From Octopus sinensis (lineage: Eukaryota): DNA of 59,092 nucleotides. The stretch spans positions 1 through 59,092 of the forward strand of contig NW_021834908.1 in assembly GCF_006345805.1 (NCBI RefSeq), written 5' to 3'. Positions 29,887 to 44,877 of the stretch are shown here, one piece after another; within the stretch, counting starts at the first letter, position 1; the number at the start of each line of letters is the position of its first letter. Both the position numbers and the translations under genes were made by a program. The notes under the pieces were generated by a model. The model searched no databases and was not told where the DNA came from. It worked only from the letters and a program-made list of their open reading frames with translations.

Positions 29887-30030
29887 CACACACACACACA
29901 CACACACACATAATAGGATATTAAAAACAATAATGCTCACACAAACGGAAAACAGATACAGAATGTTTCAAAATTCTCATCAGTTATCGGCCAGAAGGTC
30001 ACAAGACGCAATTCGCCGCCTTCAACGATA
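29657..30030. repeat. Tandem duplication of an about 115-bp unit carrying a minus-strand hammerhead-like core
   Basis: Units at about 29657-29770 and 29912-30030, each preceded by (CA)n and followed by (TA)n. Confidence 0.85.
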
Positions 30031-30152
30031 TATAATATATAATATATATATATATATAATATATATATATTATATATATATATGTATGTATGTATATATG
30101 TATATATATACCACACACACAAACAACACCACACACACACACACATTATATA

Positions 30153-30201
<49 letters not shown>

Positions 30202-30247
30202 GTATATATGGATGTATGGAAGCATATATGTATATATATGTATGTAT

Positions 30248-30697
30248 TATTGGGTCATCTCATAGATAATACAGTTTTTTTATACAAAGTTCTTTTTTAA
30301 TCTAAAATATATTCTCCTTCATTTTCTACAATGCTCTTCCATCTATCTGGTAGGCTTACAAGGCCCCTTTTCCACAATTCTCTTGTCTATGCCAAAAAAT
30401 ACTCCTCCAGTACTGTTCTGACCTTGTCTACAGAATTCATATTTTTTCCGTCCAAATGATTTTGAAGACTGCCGAATAAATGATAATCAGACGGGGCAAT
30501 GTCCGGCGAATAAGGTAGGTGATGGCATAGTTTTCCATTCAAACTGATCCAGCCTTTGGAATGTCATCCTCGCTGTATGTGGCCGAAAATAATCCTGATG
30601 GAAGAACACTTTTCGTATTCAAACCAAAGATGGTCGTTTTTCTTCTAGCGTTGGTTTAAGCCGTTCAAGCTGCTCGCAGTAGATTTTCTTTGTTATC
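30248..30697 (-). pseudogene. mariner transposon 3' fragment (catalytic-domain C-half plus right TIR)
   Basis: IYCEQLERLK..KRPSL*..FFHQD..RPHTA..SPDIAPSDYHLFGSLQNHLDG..LPDRWKSIVENEGEYILD*, with a stop and frameshifts; terminus tattgggtcatc. Confidence 0.88.
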
Positions 30698-31299
30698 GTT
30701 TTCCTTGTTTTTGCCTGTCTCTGACTCTCTTGTTTACTCTTGAGAGACACAGAGACAGGCAGAGACATATACACACACACATATCCATATTTATTGTGTG
30801 TGCGCGTGTGTGTGTGTGGTATGCATGTGTGTGTGTATGCATGTGTGTGTATGCATGTGTGTGTAGGTGTGTGTGTGAGAGGGAGAGAGAGAGAAAGAGA
30901 GAGCGAGAGCGAGAGAGAGACACGGCATTATGTCAAAAATTCACCGTAGCTCATCGATAAATACAGATCGATACAATAATCACCAAACACATACAAGTAG
31001 CAAGGTTTATATGCTCGATTAATACTACTGAAGGCAGTGCCCCAGTATGGCCGTATTCTCGTAACTAAAAGCAGTAAAATAAAATAAAAGAAAGTGTGGT
31101 CGTATAAATATCAATCGCAATTTATTGGGTTTTAATGGCGGCCTCGTATATCTGCAAGGAAACAGGTTTTAAAAATATGAATGCATATATTGAACAGCTA
31201 CATTTTTTTCCTTAATCATAGATATCGATCTGTAAGTGATTATTTCCTTATCGATTTGAAGGAAAGAGTCCTTTTGATTATCTTAGCCATTCGAGTCCG

Positions 31300-31610
31300 G
31301 CCATTCTCGGCCACGGCGTTGAAAGGGTTTAAATTGAACATAAATTAAGCCCCCCACCATCTCACTCCATCGCCCTGTACATTTCTTTTTCTTTTTTTTT
31401 TGCTTTCATGTCTGGTATCTTACTGTATCGGTTCTACTTTGTCAAAGTGCTAAGTTACGTGGACTCGAGCAATCCAATACCGGTTGTCAAGCGGTGGCGG
31501 TGGGGAACAAACACATACACAAAGATGCACACATACATACATACATACATACATACATACATCCCATACATACAATATAAATCACTACACACATACATAT
31601 ATAATAAAAC

Positions 31611-31643
<33 letters not shown>

Positions 31644-31930
31644 AATACACATACACACATATACATACAAACATACATACATATATATATATATAAATAC
31701 ATACACACAATACATACACACATATACATACAAACATACATATATATATATATAAATATATAAAATAAATACACACACACATACATACAAACATACAACA
31801 AATATATATATATGTATATATATAATATATATATATATATAGGTATATATTATATAGATATATATTATATATATATTATATATATATATATATAACATAC
31901 ATACATATACATACAAACATACTATATGCA
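31300..31930 (-). mobile_element. Degenerate SINE A 3' half running into an expanded CATA/TA microsatellite
   Basis: gctaagttacg...ccggttgtcaagcggtgg...gggaacaaacac then simple repeat; head absent. Confidence 0.65.
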
Positions 31931-32044
31931 TGCTATTCCGTACTTATGGCCGAGCCAACGATGCAGTCGCTGTATTGTTGCTCGGCTCCCATCATACCCT
32001 ATCATCTCAAAAAACGATAGCTACATCAAATAATTATTTTCTGA

Positions 32045-32400
32045 TTTTGACACAAGGCCAGCAATTTTTTGAGAGAAGAGGGGAATCGATTACATCGACC
32101 CCAGTTCTCAAATGGTGCGTATTTTACTGACCCTTAAAGGATGAAAAACGAAGTTGCCCTCGGTGGCATTTGAACCCAGAACGTAAATACGCAAAAGAAT
32201 GCTTTCAAAATTTGACACAGAGCCAGGGAAGGGGGAAGTCGATTACATCGACCCCCAGCATTTCACTGGTGCTTATTTATCGATTTGACAGAAGATGAAA
32301 GGTAAAGTCAACCTCGGCCGACTTCGAACTCAGAACATAAAGACGGATGAAACGCCGTTTAGCATTTAGTCCGGTGTGCTAACAGCTCTGCCAGCTCGCT
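32045..32400 (-). mobile_element. Two adjacent degenerate SINE B copies
   Basis: tcgattacatcgacccc occurs twice, each with the B core. Confidence 0.8.
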
Positions 32401-32578
32401 GCTTGTCGATACATAGATACAATGTCGTCTCAGATACACTGTGTCTGAAAAATGAATCGTGTTGGAATGTTTGAATCATCGGTCTATTCGACCAGAGTTG
32501 ACCTGGGGTTAATAGCAAGTGCACATGATGGGACGAAGTTGTAGAAACTGTCAATCTTTATTCTGGTGTGGGAATATA

Positions 32579-32789
32579 GGCGTAGGAGTGCCTGTGTGGT
32601 AAGTAGCTTGCTTATGAACCACATGGCTCCGGATTCAGTCCCACTGCGTGGCACCTTGGACAAGTGTCTTCTGCTATAGCCTCGGGCCGACCAAAGCCTT
32701 GTGAGGGGATTTGGTAGACGGAAACTGAAAGGAACCTGTCGTATATATGTATGTGTGTATATATATAATTATATATTATATATATATAT

Positions 32790-32839
<50 letters not shown>

Positions 32840-32943
32840 TGTATGTGTTTGTACCCCCAACATCGCTTGACAACCGATGCTGATGTGTTTACGTCCCCGT
32901 AACTTAGCGGTTCGGCAAAAAAGGCCGATAGAATAAGTACTAG
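32579..32943 (+). mobile_element. SINE family A, 3'-truncated
   Basis: ggcgtaggagtgcctgtgtggtaagtagcttg head and body. Confidence 0.9.
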
Positions 32944-33360
32944 TAAAAACAAACGGTAAGGACTGTTAAGCCAAGACGATGTGAAGTGGTGAACGCTGGA
33001 AAAACGAGCTTTGAGAGGAGACAGATAAATGCACGTCTTGTCTTTAGGAAGGAAGTGGAAGAAAGATGGATGGCCGTTGGTCACGTGTGAGCAACGAGAG
33101 AGTCATGTACGAAGAGTGAGAAAGAGAAAGAGGGAATGGTCAAGGGGAGAGGAGAAGAATAGGGAAAGTGTGGGAGAGGAAAAAAGAAAGGAAGAAGAAC
33201 AAGAGAGGGAGATAGATAGACAGAAAATAGATAGAATAAGGGTGCGCATCGTAATTATTAAGATAAAACGTACTTGGAAAGGGATGCGTGGCGTTCGATC
33301 ATATAATAATATAAGTAATATATAAATATATGTATATATACATGCATATATGGGTACAGG

Positions 33361-33408
<48 letters not shown>

Positions 33409-33964
33409 GTGTGTACATGTGCGCATGCATGTGTGAGTGTACATATAAAAGTTACGCGCACATACATGCACATGTGTGCATGTGTAGCAGGGTGCAGACG
33501 TACAAGTACACACATGCACACACGCGCGCATCTAGGTAAAAACAAAACAGTATTGACATTAGTACAAGTCAATAGTCTCCTACCTGCGTTACTATTGATT
33601 TATAAGCCTTCAATATTCTTGATAGTATATACTATGGTTGAATAACGGAACACAGTGTCCTTGCTAGCATTTATTTACTAATAGCGTCTAAAGCAAGGCG
33701 CCAGATGTCAACGAAATAGTGGATTCCAATATTAAAAGTAAAGCGGATAAGTTAATAATTACACACATCGGTGCTTCGTTTGCGGGTTTAGTTTAACTAA
33801 AGGAAATATGCTACCAGTACAATGTTTTTAATAAACACCAGGGTATGGTTCGCGTTGGATCTTCAGATGAAAATGATAAAGATTTCATCAGAAATTCTGA
33901 AAAGCCAAAACGATTGAAAGTGTATATATAACGGCAACTATGGAAGCATATATTTAAGTGCGCA

Positions 33965-35065
<1,101 letters not shown>

Positions 35066-36542
35066 TAAAGACAGCTATGCTTAGGGTGTGAATGACCTCA
35101 TTACAGGATTATACTTGCTTCGATGATCTGTTGACGTTGCTTTGCCAATATATCTACTTCTTGAATCAGTCCATCAGCCACTTTAATCAGAGACTTGATG
35201 TGTTTATGTGAAAGAGAAAGGAAAAAAAAAGAGAGAGATGAGAGGAGATAAATAGGCAAAAATGGCGGTGGTAGGAGCAGGGTACAAGTGAGATGGCGAA
35301 AAGAGAATAGATTTTTATCAATGATGGTTGTTTAACTCGTTTTGATAGTATAGGTCGCCTCGCCGCGTGTCACCGTCCAATGTACTTCATACCAACTCCC
35401 TTAGAAGCTACTAAATTGAGTAAGAGAGATTGCTGCTCACTGTTTGAATTTGTGAGTGCCTGTGTATGTATGTTTGTGTGAATGGGCGTAGAAATATACT
35501 GTCGGATGACAGTGAAGCCGCTTTCTTTAACGGACAACAAACACTCCGTTGGAAGTCTTCTGTCTCTTCATACTTTTCTTCTCTGTGAGTCTAGCTTCCA
35601 GATTTCCGAACGACGTCTGTATATTTTAAATGTCAAGGATATTTCTTAATGATAATGATTAATCTATTGTGGTCCCACCGAGGAAGCATCTCTAGTAATC
35701 TTCATCACCTAATAGCGATATAATACATAGATTAATGCAGCATCTAAATAGCTGTCAGTTCTAACAGAAAATAATGTCTTCTGCGCGGTCGCTCAGAAAA
35801 TATATCAAAACGGACGAACGTATGATTATTTGAGACTCCACTTTGCGTTCTGAATAACGAATAAAAATTCATTTTGCAGACCAACTAAACTCTAATTTTT
35901 TCTTAAACAAGGTAGTTAGTAACTTGTATTAAGAATATCATCTTTCCCCGACTGTGTTGCATTTTGGCTCTATTTATTTGCTATTAGCTTTAATAAATCG
36001 CTTGACTGACGTCTTACTGGATGTTAATGACCATTAAATTCATATTCGTCCCACCAAACGATTACAACTTTCACTGTTCGGTAACACATAATGCACTCTC
36101 TGGAGTGCAATCTTTGCCCGAATTTCCTTAGATTCATTTGCGCAATTCAAACTCAGTTTTAATAGGCTGCTCTAGACAATCACTTCAAATTCGTTTTCGC
36201 CACCTAACAGCAGGCAGACAATTCATATTTATTGCCGCAGCGACAACGATAAATTGTAGGCAACTAAGACGATGACAGCGGAGCCAATTTGCGTTCATCT
36301 TAGTAAGCAGCCGCTTCAGATTGATTTTAAACTAACGATAACTAACTGCAATTTGAATGACAATACTTCAACAACCACTAAACACTTGAACAAATCAATT
36401 AAAGTGTTAACTTATAATAAATCTGTTGTCAAATTCTTCACAAAATGTTCATAACAGAAAAATAATAGCAAAACAGAAACAGTTTTTTTTTTTTCTGTTA
36501 GCCATTATCAAAGTCAGGCTATTTATTATTCTTATAAGAACA

Positions 36543-36667
36543 ATCCTTTCGGGGTCGATAAATAAAAGTACCAGTTTCGCACTGGGGTCGATGTAATCGA
36601 CTTAATCCCTTTGTCTGTCCTTGTTTGTCCTCTCTATGTTTAGCCTCTTGTAGGCAATAAAGAAATA
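36543..36667 (+). mobile_element. 5'-truncated SINE B
   Basis: atcctttcggggtcgataaa to gcaataaagaaata; flanked by similar tattattctt(a)aaga segments. Confidence 0.85.
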
Positions 36668-37031
36668 TATTATTCTTAAGAGTTCACCTACCTCTGCCAA
36701 AATTGTTAGAAATAAAAAAGGTTTGAGCAGCCAAATATCTTCCAGATAACATTCTACCGCCTTAAAAAAGAGAAAGGCCACACTAGACGTAGTAGGTATG
36801 CAAAAGTGAACTGTACGGCCACTTGTAGTACGTCACCATAGAGAGGTACGAACTGGACTGTTCAGGATAAGACAAAAACAAAAGAAATTTTATCTCGATA
36901 TCAAAGACAAGCATTTCTTTTTTCACTCGTCATTCTATAAATTGTCGACCCATCATAGCACAGCTCCTCCACATTTTTCTATTATAAATAATAATTCACG
37001 CGAAGGACAATTCTTGGCGTCGCAATGAGAA

Positions 37032-37345
37032 AGGACACAGAGCCAGCCTAAAGGACATGTAAGAGCTAGCTAAAAGGACTTGCGAGAGACAGTCCTAAAA
37101 GACACGCGAGGACAACCCTAAAGGGACACGCGAGTGACACATGTGAGCCGACTCTAGTGAACAGGTGAGAGACAACCATAGAGGACACGCGAGAAACAGC
37201 CTTAAGGGACACGCGAGAGACAGCCCTAGAGGACATGCGAAAGACAGCCTAAAGGACACGTGAGAGCTGACCCTAAAGCACATGCGAGAGCCAGCCCTAG
37301 AAGACACGCAAGAGACAGCCTTAGAGGACACGCGAGAGCCAACTA
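37032..37345. repeat. 24-bp minisatellite, about 13 diverged units
   Basis: Consensus aggacacgcgagagacagccctag. Confidence 0.9.
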
Positions 37346-37588
37346 ATACTCTGTTTCCTTCACAGAATTGCTTCTATACCAAACTTACGCATATTTTATT
37401 TAGTTCCACTTTATTGAACAGAAAATTGACGCTGGTATTAACTTTTGGTATGGAATGAAATAACTTAATGTTGAAACGGAAGATCTAATTGAAAGGCCAA
37501 CTCGAATACACATTACGAACTTTGTGTACTCTGACTGGTCGCAAGCTGTATATATATATATGTGTGTGTGTGTGTGTTGTGTGTGTGT

Positions 37589-37620
<32 letters not shown>

Positions 37621-37630
37621 ACCCCTCTAT

Positions 37631-38060
37631 TAGATATTCAGTAATTTATACATTGAAGATCCTTCAAGGGCTCATGCCAAGCATAAGTATTAAGAGCTAT
37701 ACCAATCCCTGAACAGGTTCTCACTGTATAGTCCCAGAGGGCCCCCATCCACCTTATCTAAAATCAAGACCCTATACAGCTACAGCCTAGGTTTCAAAGG
37801 TCCACAGCATTTTAGTATCTTGCCACAGAATGTAGAAAATCTATGTACATTGGCTATAGGTGTATTTAAGAAACAAGTAGACACTCTACTGTCTACGATT
37901 CCAGACGAACGGACGTCTCGGCAGCAAACGCATCTACCGAGGACAGCGGCAACAAACTCCTTTATTCACTAAAAGTTTAACACTTTTGAAACAATAGCAA
38001 CTTCATGGACAGTACTCCAGGATGGCCACAACCCTCGAGGTGAAACAAGTAAAAGAATAT
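37631..38060 (+). pseudogene. CR1-like LINE 3' end (ORF2 C-terminus plus 3' UTR)
   Basis: RYSVIYTLKILQGL..SLGFKGPQHFSILP..VFKKQVDTLLSTIPDE..AATNSFIH, with a stop and frameshift; paralogous to 57645-58045. Confidence 0.75.
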
Positions 38061-39573
38061 TTCATGAAATAGAAAAATTTGTCCATGAAAACAGTAATGT
38101 TAGTTAGATCTGTTGACGATCGAGCAAGGGCTATCAGTCAACATCTAAGTTATAAATCTATGATTTATACCAACAACAAACGATTCTGTCATATTGTCTA
38201 CATAAACCGTTTCTTGTATTTCCTAAGAGTACGCGTATAATCTGACCCGCTACTTTTTTGATTTAATTCTTCATTGATTAAATTAGACAGGTTTCAACTA
38301 ACATGGACACCTCACCCCTACCGCCACCACCACCGCCGCCGCCGCCACCATCACCACCGCCACCACTTCCTTTCTCTTAAAATGACATACGAGTAAAGAA
38401 GCATTTCAACTGCTCAGAAAAACAACAAAAAAAACGACGATTTTTTTTTTATGCCTTGCTTCTTCGACCAAATACATACTGCTGCAGTAGACATTGAAGA
38501 GAACTATTCGCCTCTCAATGGATCGTTCTTTTCTTGTTTATTATATTTTTTATATAATTAAACTTTCATGAGTAGTTTGGAATAGTGTTTTTAACTTCTA
38601 TGTAGAGCGTATAAAATAAAGAAAGAAAAAGAGGATAATATATTATCTTCCTTCGTTTAGTAGTGAAAAGCGGTAATGTCTTCTTATGTCGTGAAACATG
38701 GCTGCCATTACGTTTCATTGGCTGAACGCGTAAAAACGTTTATCGAAAACCATGTCATACGAAGATAGCTGTATCACAGTCAATATTTTGCCTTGTCGAA
38801 GATATAATCAAATAGAACCATATGTTATATTACCGTGTCCTATTTCCAACGAACTCTACGGCATATTAAAACAGCTGAATGCCCTGCAATTGTCACTAGC
38901 GGAAGTGAAACGTTAAATAGCTTTGACAGCCGAACCGAGTATTATTAGAATCGCACAGAGCAGTGGAAACTTTTTCTTCTATGACCTGATTAAAAGGACA
39001 ACATCAGTCGCCGCTTGCCTTCATTCAGTGCTAACCCTAGTTTCACTCCTCTTCCCTCTCTTCCCCACACAGATAAAATGGTGGCTGCAAGAAGAGACGA
39101 GTGAACAGCTGAAACCTACATTTGACATATTATGACAACTGCTTCTACGTGGTTAAAAAGAAAAGTCTGATGCGACCAAATAAGTATTTCGTATTAGGGA
39201 AGAAAAGTTGTTTAGATGGTACAAACTTAAAATTCTTTTAATATTTGTTTCAATTTTTGGCACAAGGCCAGCAGTTTCGAGGGAGGCGTAAGAGGATTAA
39301 ATCGACCCTTGTACTCAATTGGTACTTATTTTGTCGACCCCAAAAAGATAAAATCGAATTTGAAACCAGAACGTAAGGAAGGACAAAGCAGGGGTAAATC
39401 CGATGTGCTAACGCTTCTTATTTCTTTATTGCCCACAAGGGGCTAAACGTAGAGGGGACAAACAAGGACAAAGGGATTAAGTCGATTACATCGACCCCAG
39501 TGCGTAAGTGGTACTTAATTTATCGACTCCAAAAGGATGAAAGGCAAAGTCGACCTCGGCGGAATTTGAACTC

Positions 39574-40690
<1,117 letters not shown>

Positions 40691-40692
40691 AT

Positions 40693-40749
40693 GGCGGTGC
40701 CCCAGCATGGCCACACTCATAAGCTGAAACTAGAATCAATCAATCAATC
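40693..40749 (+). mobile_element. Solo 3' tip of the CR1-like LINE/SINE-A tail with (ATCA)n end
   Basis: ggcggtgccccagcatggccacactcataagctgaaactagaatcaatcaatc. Confidence 0.7.
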
Positions 40750-41054
40750 TATATAATACATATACATATTATATTATATATATTAATGCATACATTAATT
40801 GGTGTTCATTCAGAGCAATGATTAGTATATTCACGAAACCAGTATGCTTTTGAATCTCTTTAACAATTCACAATTATGACTTTTATTCCTACCTCAGTTC
40901 ATCTAATTGTATATATCTATCGTTACTTTTCATAAAAGGCCTTTAATTTTTTTGATTTCTAATGTGCATTTTCCCCCTGAAGTTTCCACGTGTAGTTTCT
41001 ATTTTCTTTTTGTAACATATTTCTATTATATACATATATATATATACATATACA

Positions 41055-41234
41055 CCAGAGTAAGAACATAAATGCGAAACAAGGTGGAAAAAATAGTACT
41101 TGAATACCAGTGGTAGAGTAATATGCTTTATTAAAAAGCAGCAAAAATATCACAAAATATCAGAAAAACTGTCGATGAACAGGAACATGAAACTCTGACT
41201 AACAGTTTTTGTGATATATTGGATGTTTTAATAA
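41055..41234 (+). mobile_element. Penelope-like fold-back relic with degenerate type I hammerhead (41164-41210)
   Basis: aaaaactgt-CGATGA-acaggaacat-GAAA-ctctgac-TA-acagttttt; outer inverted repeat 41128-41157 / 41207-41234. Confidence 0.6.
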
Positions 41235-42081
41235 TTATAAAGTATATATATATATATAAGATATATATATATATATATAATATATGACTCTCTGTTTGTC
41301 CTCTCTATCTCTCATTTACTTTCTCTCTTTCTCTCTATTCATCTTTCTCTCTACTCACTTTCTCTATTCATCTTCTCTTTCTCTGATCCTTTGGTCTAGT
41401 ATTCCACTACCCTCCTATTTCTTTGTCTCGCTCTGCACTCACAGGTCATTCTTCGACACCCATCCCTTCTCCTCTCTGATTCCTTCTTTCTCTCTCTTCT
41501 TCTTTGGTTGCGTTTTGACCCCTTTTCTCTCTCTCTCTTTCTTTTCTTTTCCTCTTCTCTTTCACGGGACTGTTGGCCGAAATCTGCCTTTCAGCTCCTG
41601 ACCCTCGTCGTGTTAACATCGTTGTTCTTCGTCCGCCGCTATAAAGGCTTTTTCCAATGCGCCAGAGAAAAAATTTGTTTGCTTGTTATCAGTCGTAAGA
41701 CACTTGTTGTTTTCACCGTTAATGCTTCGTATTTCATTGTTTCTGTATTTATTCCATTGTTTTTGTTTTTTTTATATCTGTCCCCTTTTTGCTGTCCTGG
41801 TGTTCGTATGCATTCGATCCTTCTTCCAGGAAATTACGCCTTCCAGTTAGTTTTTCTTGGAGGGCTGGCCGTGATCTAGTAATCTCAAGATAATCAGCCG
41901 AAATCCGAAAAATACTACGATGATCCGGTTCTTGACTGAAGACTGAGGGGTTCGAATGTCCTGTCCATGTTTATTGTATCGTCTTCTATGTTATACGTTC
42001 TTGTCCAGTTGTATTTTTCTACATACCTTAATATATATTATATATATATATATATATAATATATATATGTGTGGTGTGTGT

Positions 42082-42192
42082 GGCCAGCGGGGGGGTGGCG
42101 TCATTTGAAGGCTAAAACAATGCGAAGCGCATTGTGACCAGCGATGTGTAACAACATCTGATAGCCTGGTCGGTCACGGTGATCACGGTGAT
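42082..42192 (+). mobile_element. Isolated SINE C tail type 3 (5'-truncated retroposon)
   Basis: Near-identical to 45068-45165; ends cacggtgatcacggtgat. Confidence 0.85.
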
Positions 42193-42443
42193 TATATATA
42201 TATATATATATACTAATTATCTTTTTTTAATAATTTGATATATATTTAAAATAATATAAATTAATTAATCTTATGTATTGGCTTAAGTGTTCATTGTATG
42301 ATTTGCCTAATAGTGGTTTTATCTCTAATTAATATAATATAATATTTTACTATAAAAATGGATTCAATCCTAAATCTGATTTTTCCCTGTAAGTTTGGAT
42401 TTATTCCCTAATATTTTATTATATATATATATATATATATATG

Positions 42444-42553
<110 letters not shown>

Positions 42554-42800
42554 GCGTTCGCCGATTTACCGATGCTATTGTTCACAAATTACCACAAGAA
42601 ATTCCACAAAAAAGAAATAATAAATAAATAATGCCACGCATTTATTATCGAGAAAGTAAGTTAAGTGAAACCATTCTAGGCTATCACTTCCATCCATACC
42701 CTGGAGACTAGAAGTGATATCCTAGAGACGCCGACAGGATGAAAGAGAGCGGCCGCACTAAGATGATTCGAAAACGGAAGTGAGATAGCTGAGACTAATT

Positions 42801-43040
42801 AGGCGCAATGGCCCAGTGGTTAGGGCAGCGGACTCGCGGTCGTAGGATCGTGGTTTCGATTTCCAGACTAGGTGTTGTGAATGTTTATTGAGCGAAAACA
42901 CCTAAAGATCTACGGCAGGGGGTGGTGGCAAACTCTGCTGTATTCCTGGCTCAGGAACACTACGCACGATCCGGGTCCAGGAATCGAAACCGCGATCTAA
43001 CGACCGTCTGTGCAACACTCTAAGCACTAAGCTACACACC
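42801..43040. mobile_element. Two convergent SINE C-like tRNA heads
   Basis: Forward head 42801-42945 and an older reverse head at about 42960-43040 (gaatcgaaaccgcgatc). Confidence 0.7.
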
Positions 43041-43145
43041 TTTATCTCATTCAGAATTAGATAATTGCAGAGGTGGAAACACAATTTTAATGATATTGGC
43101 CAAAATGCACTTATGCACACGGTTCTTTCTTTTATCTTTTACTTG

Positions 43146-43377
43146 TAGCATATTTACTGCCCTCAAGGGGCTGCACACAGAGGGGACAAACAAGTACAGA
43201 CAAACGGATTAATTCGATTATATCGACCCAAGTGCGTAACTGGTACTTATTTAATCGAACCTGAAAGGATGAAAAGCAAAGTTGACCTCGGCGGAATTTG
43301 AACTCAGAACGTAGCGGCAGACGAAATACTGCTAAGCATTTCACCCGGCGTGCTAACGGTTCTGCCAGCTCGCCGCC
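43146..43377 (-). mobile_element. SINE B, full length, inserted into the tail of SINE A
   Basis: 16-bp TSD ttttatctt(t/a)tacttg at 43130-43145 and 43378-43393. Confidence 0.9.
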
Positions 43378-43393
43378 TTTTATCTTATACTTG

Positions 43394-43591
43394 CTTCAGT
43401 CATTTGACTGCGGCCATGCTGGAGCACTGCCTTCAGTCGTGCAAATCGACCCCAGGACTTATTCTTTGTAAGCCTAGTACTTATTCTATCGGTGTCTTTT
43501 TGCCGAACCGCTAAGTTGCGGGGACGTAAACATACCAGCATCGTTTGTCAAGCGATGTTGGGGCGGAGGACAAACACAGACACACAAACAA

Positions 43592-43632
<41 letters not shown>

Positions 43633-43794
43633 GATAGATATACGACGGGCTTCTTTCAGTTTCCGTCTAACAAATCCACTCACAAGGCTTTGGTCGGTCC
43701 GAGGCTAGAGTAGAAGACACTTGCTCAAGGTGCCACGCAGTGGGATTGAACCCGGAACCATATGCTTGGTTAGCAAGTTACTTACCACACAGCC
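43394..43794 (-). mobile_element. SINE family A
   Basis: Colinear with the other A copies. Confidence 0.92.
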
Positions 43795-43799
43795 TGGCT

Positions 43800-44200
43800 A
43801 ATTTGAGCACTATCAACTTCGTTGCGTTACACTGGATCTCTTCAAGACAGAGAGGATCAGTCTATAAACCGGTTATCCCAGACAACTCATAGCCATCAGA
43901 TTCCAAAGACACCTTCAACTGATAATGTCGAAACCGTTCATAACAGTGGCCTTTATGGCGTACTGCCAGATTTCAGCTAAACCTCCGGCAACCGTGTTGT
44001 GTGGATAGCTCCCTCGGTGACTTCTAATACACGATAAAAGATCTGTGCAGTACAAGAGGCCACGCTTCATTAAGCAGCACGGCGAAACAAAATACCGACC
44101 GAAAGTACTTCAACATGGCGTCTGTTGGTTAAGATGTTGATCCAACATCTGATGCTTTTGATGTTAAGAAAAGCAGAAAATAGAATTTTCTCTGCAAGCC
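43800..44200 (-). pseudogene. Possible highly decayed RTE-type LINE fragment
   Basis: Scattered peptides STFGR, AEIW, RCLWNLM and SVLKRS in the order expected for AFGRL..GAETW..RCLRxI..EVLxRA; many stops. Confidence 0.3.
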
Positions 44201-44347
44201 GCTTGTTGCGTTGGCAGAATAGTTTGGCACAAACCTCCGGTTAGACAATAGATTCATTTTTATGAGGAATTGGTATTTGCGTTTTTATCGCTCAAACGGA
44301 TCAATACCTGTTCCCGTAAACCAAACAGTCCCATCTGGCCATAATTA

Positions 44348-44388
<41 letters not shown>

Positions 44389-44496
44389 GCGCGCGCGCAT
44401 AACGGTATTTGTTTTTATGTTCTGTCCTAATAAAAATTGTTTTACATTAATCTGATGGGTTACTCTATACTTTTGTGGAGTACAAATTTATTATTC

Positions 44497-44612
44497 TTAT
44501 ACACGAATGCTGTTGTTTAGTGACTTCGAAGTATCAGCCATCTAAGTCAGAGTCCGACGACGGCTTAGCTGGCCGAAATTTCGAAGTCGCTGTCAACAAC
44601 ATTCTTGCATAA
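44497..44612 (+). mobile_element. Penelope-like fold-back relic with a near-complete hammerhead core (44549-44593)
   Basis: agagt-CCGACGA-cggcttagctggcc-GAAA-tttcgaag-TC-gctgt; inverted arms 44497-44548 / 44562-44612; related fragment at about 1296-1345. Confidence 0.6.
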
Positions 44613-44822
44613 AATTACGCACACACATACATACACACACACTCTAGCACACACAGAGACACACATACAGGTATGTTCTTTCTAAGTTTTGGTACCGAGC
44701 TTACATTTTGAAGAGAGAGGAGAGTCGATTATATCGATTCCACTGCTAAACTAATACACCTGCTTGTTGTTCCTTCATTTGTCTTCGTCTTCAATTTTCT
44801 GTAAATTTGATATATATATATA

Positions 44823-44875
<53 letters not shown>

Positions 44876-44877
<2 letters not shown>

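Noticed and set aside
35200-36500. Longest repeat-poor stretch, possible conserved non-coding element
   Set aside because: No positive evidence from sequence alone; needs cross-species alignment
37032-37345. CRISPR-like array
   Set aside because: Contiguous diverged units with no unique spacers, eukaryotic context and no cas genes
41520-42030. Possible Penelope-like repeat with ctgaaga...cgaatgtc, and a 123-aa ORF
   Set aside because: Core incomplete and no clear second copy in the window; the ORF is low-complexity Phe/Leu/Ser
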